Origin: Trueperaceae bacterium
GTDB taxonomy: Bacteria > Deinococcota > Deinococci > Deinococcales > Trueperaceae
Reading direction: 5' to 3'
DNA length: 64,000 nucleotides
Assembly (NCBI GenBank): GCA_965214405.1
Contig: OZ243956.1
Coordinates: 800,001 to 864,000, forward strand
Shown: in pieces, positions 63,933 through 64,000 of the stretch
Numbering within the stretch: the first letter of the stretch is position 1
Layout: the number at the start of each line of letters is the position of its first letter
Notes under the pieces: model-generated
Database searches by the model: none
Told to the model about the DNA's origin: nothing
What the model saw: only the letters and a program-made list of their open reading frames with translations
Position numbers and translations under genes: made by a program

Positions 63933-64000
63933 CAGCTCGCCTCTGGGACGGGACACACGCTGAGGTCGCGGTTCGCCTTTCGGTCCACGTCTACGCAGCT
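63932..64000 (-). CDS. 3' end of the upstream gene (likely another minor pilin), partial
   Basis: Open frame SCVDVDRKANRDLSVCPVPEAS* whose TGA overlaps the next ATG (TGATG). Confidence 0.5.
   Translation of the reverse strand, partial: SCVDVDRKANRDLSVCPVPEAS

Overview
GC-rich bacterial chromosome segment, most likely Deinococcota (Trueperaceae/Deinococcales-like). This placement rests on the pilMNOWQ-aroCKBQ gene order, pervasive leaderless promoters and protein style, not on a database search. Most genes are housekeeping: msrB, thiolase, pncB, hflX, topA, dnaX-ybaB-recR, rsmE-prmA, dnaB, ftsH, type IV pilus/competence genes, the shikimate pathway and scpB. One AT-rich island (about 33.4-36.5 kb) carries a ParB-like/HEPN-like gene with an amber stop and a Dam-type methylase split by an IS5-family element. 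A decayed patch lies at 11.1-13.45 kb. The main findings are: (1) dnaX has a complete -1 frameshift cassette wired opposite to E. coli, so the frameshift makes the LONG subunit; (2) hflX appears to start at AUC behind a leader with a uORF; (3) topoisomerase I ends in a sigma70 region-4-like HTH; (4) PlsY is fused to an acyl-ACP-reductase-like domain; (5) the palindrome CTCGAG is roughly 10-fold over-represented; (6) a non-coding degenerate repeat with a period of about 147 bp sits upstream of msrB. No rRNA, tRNA or CRISPR array was recognised.
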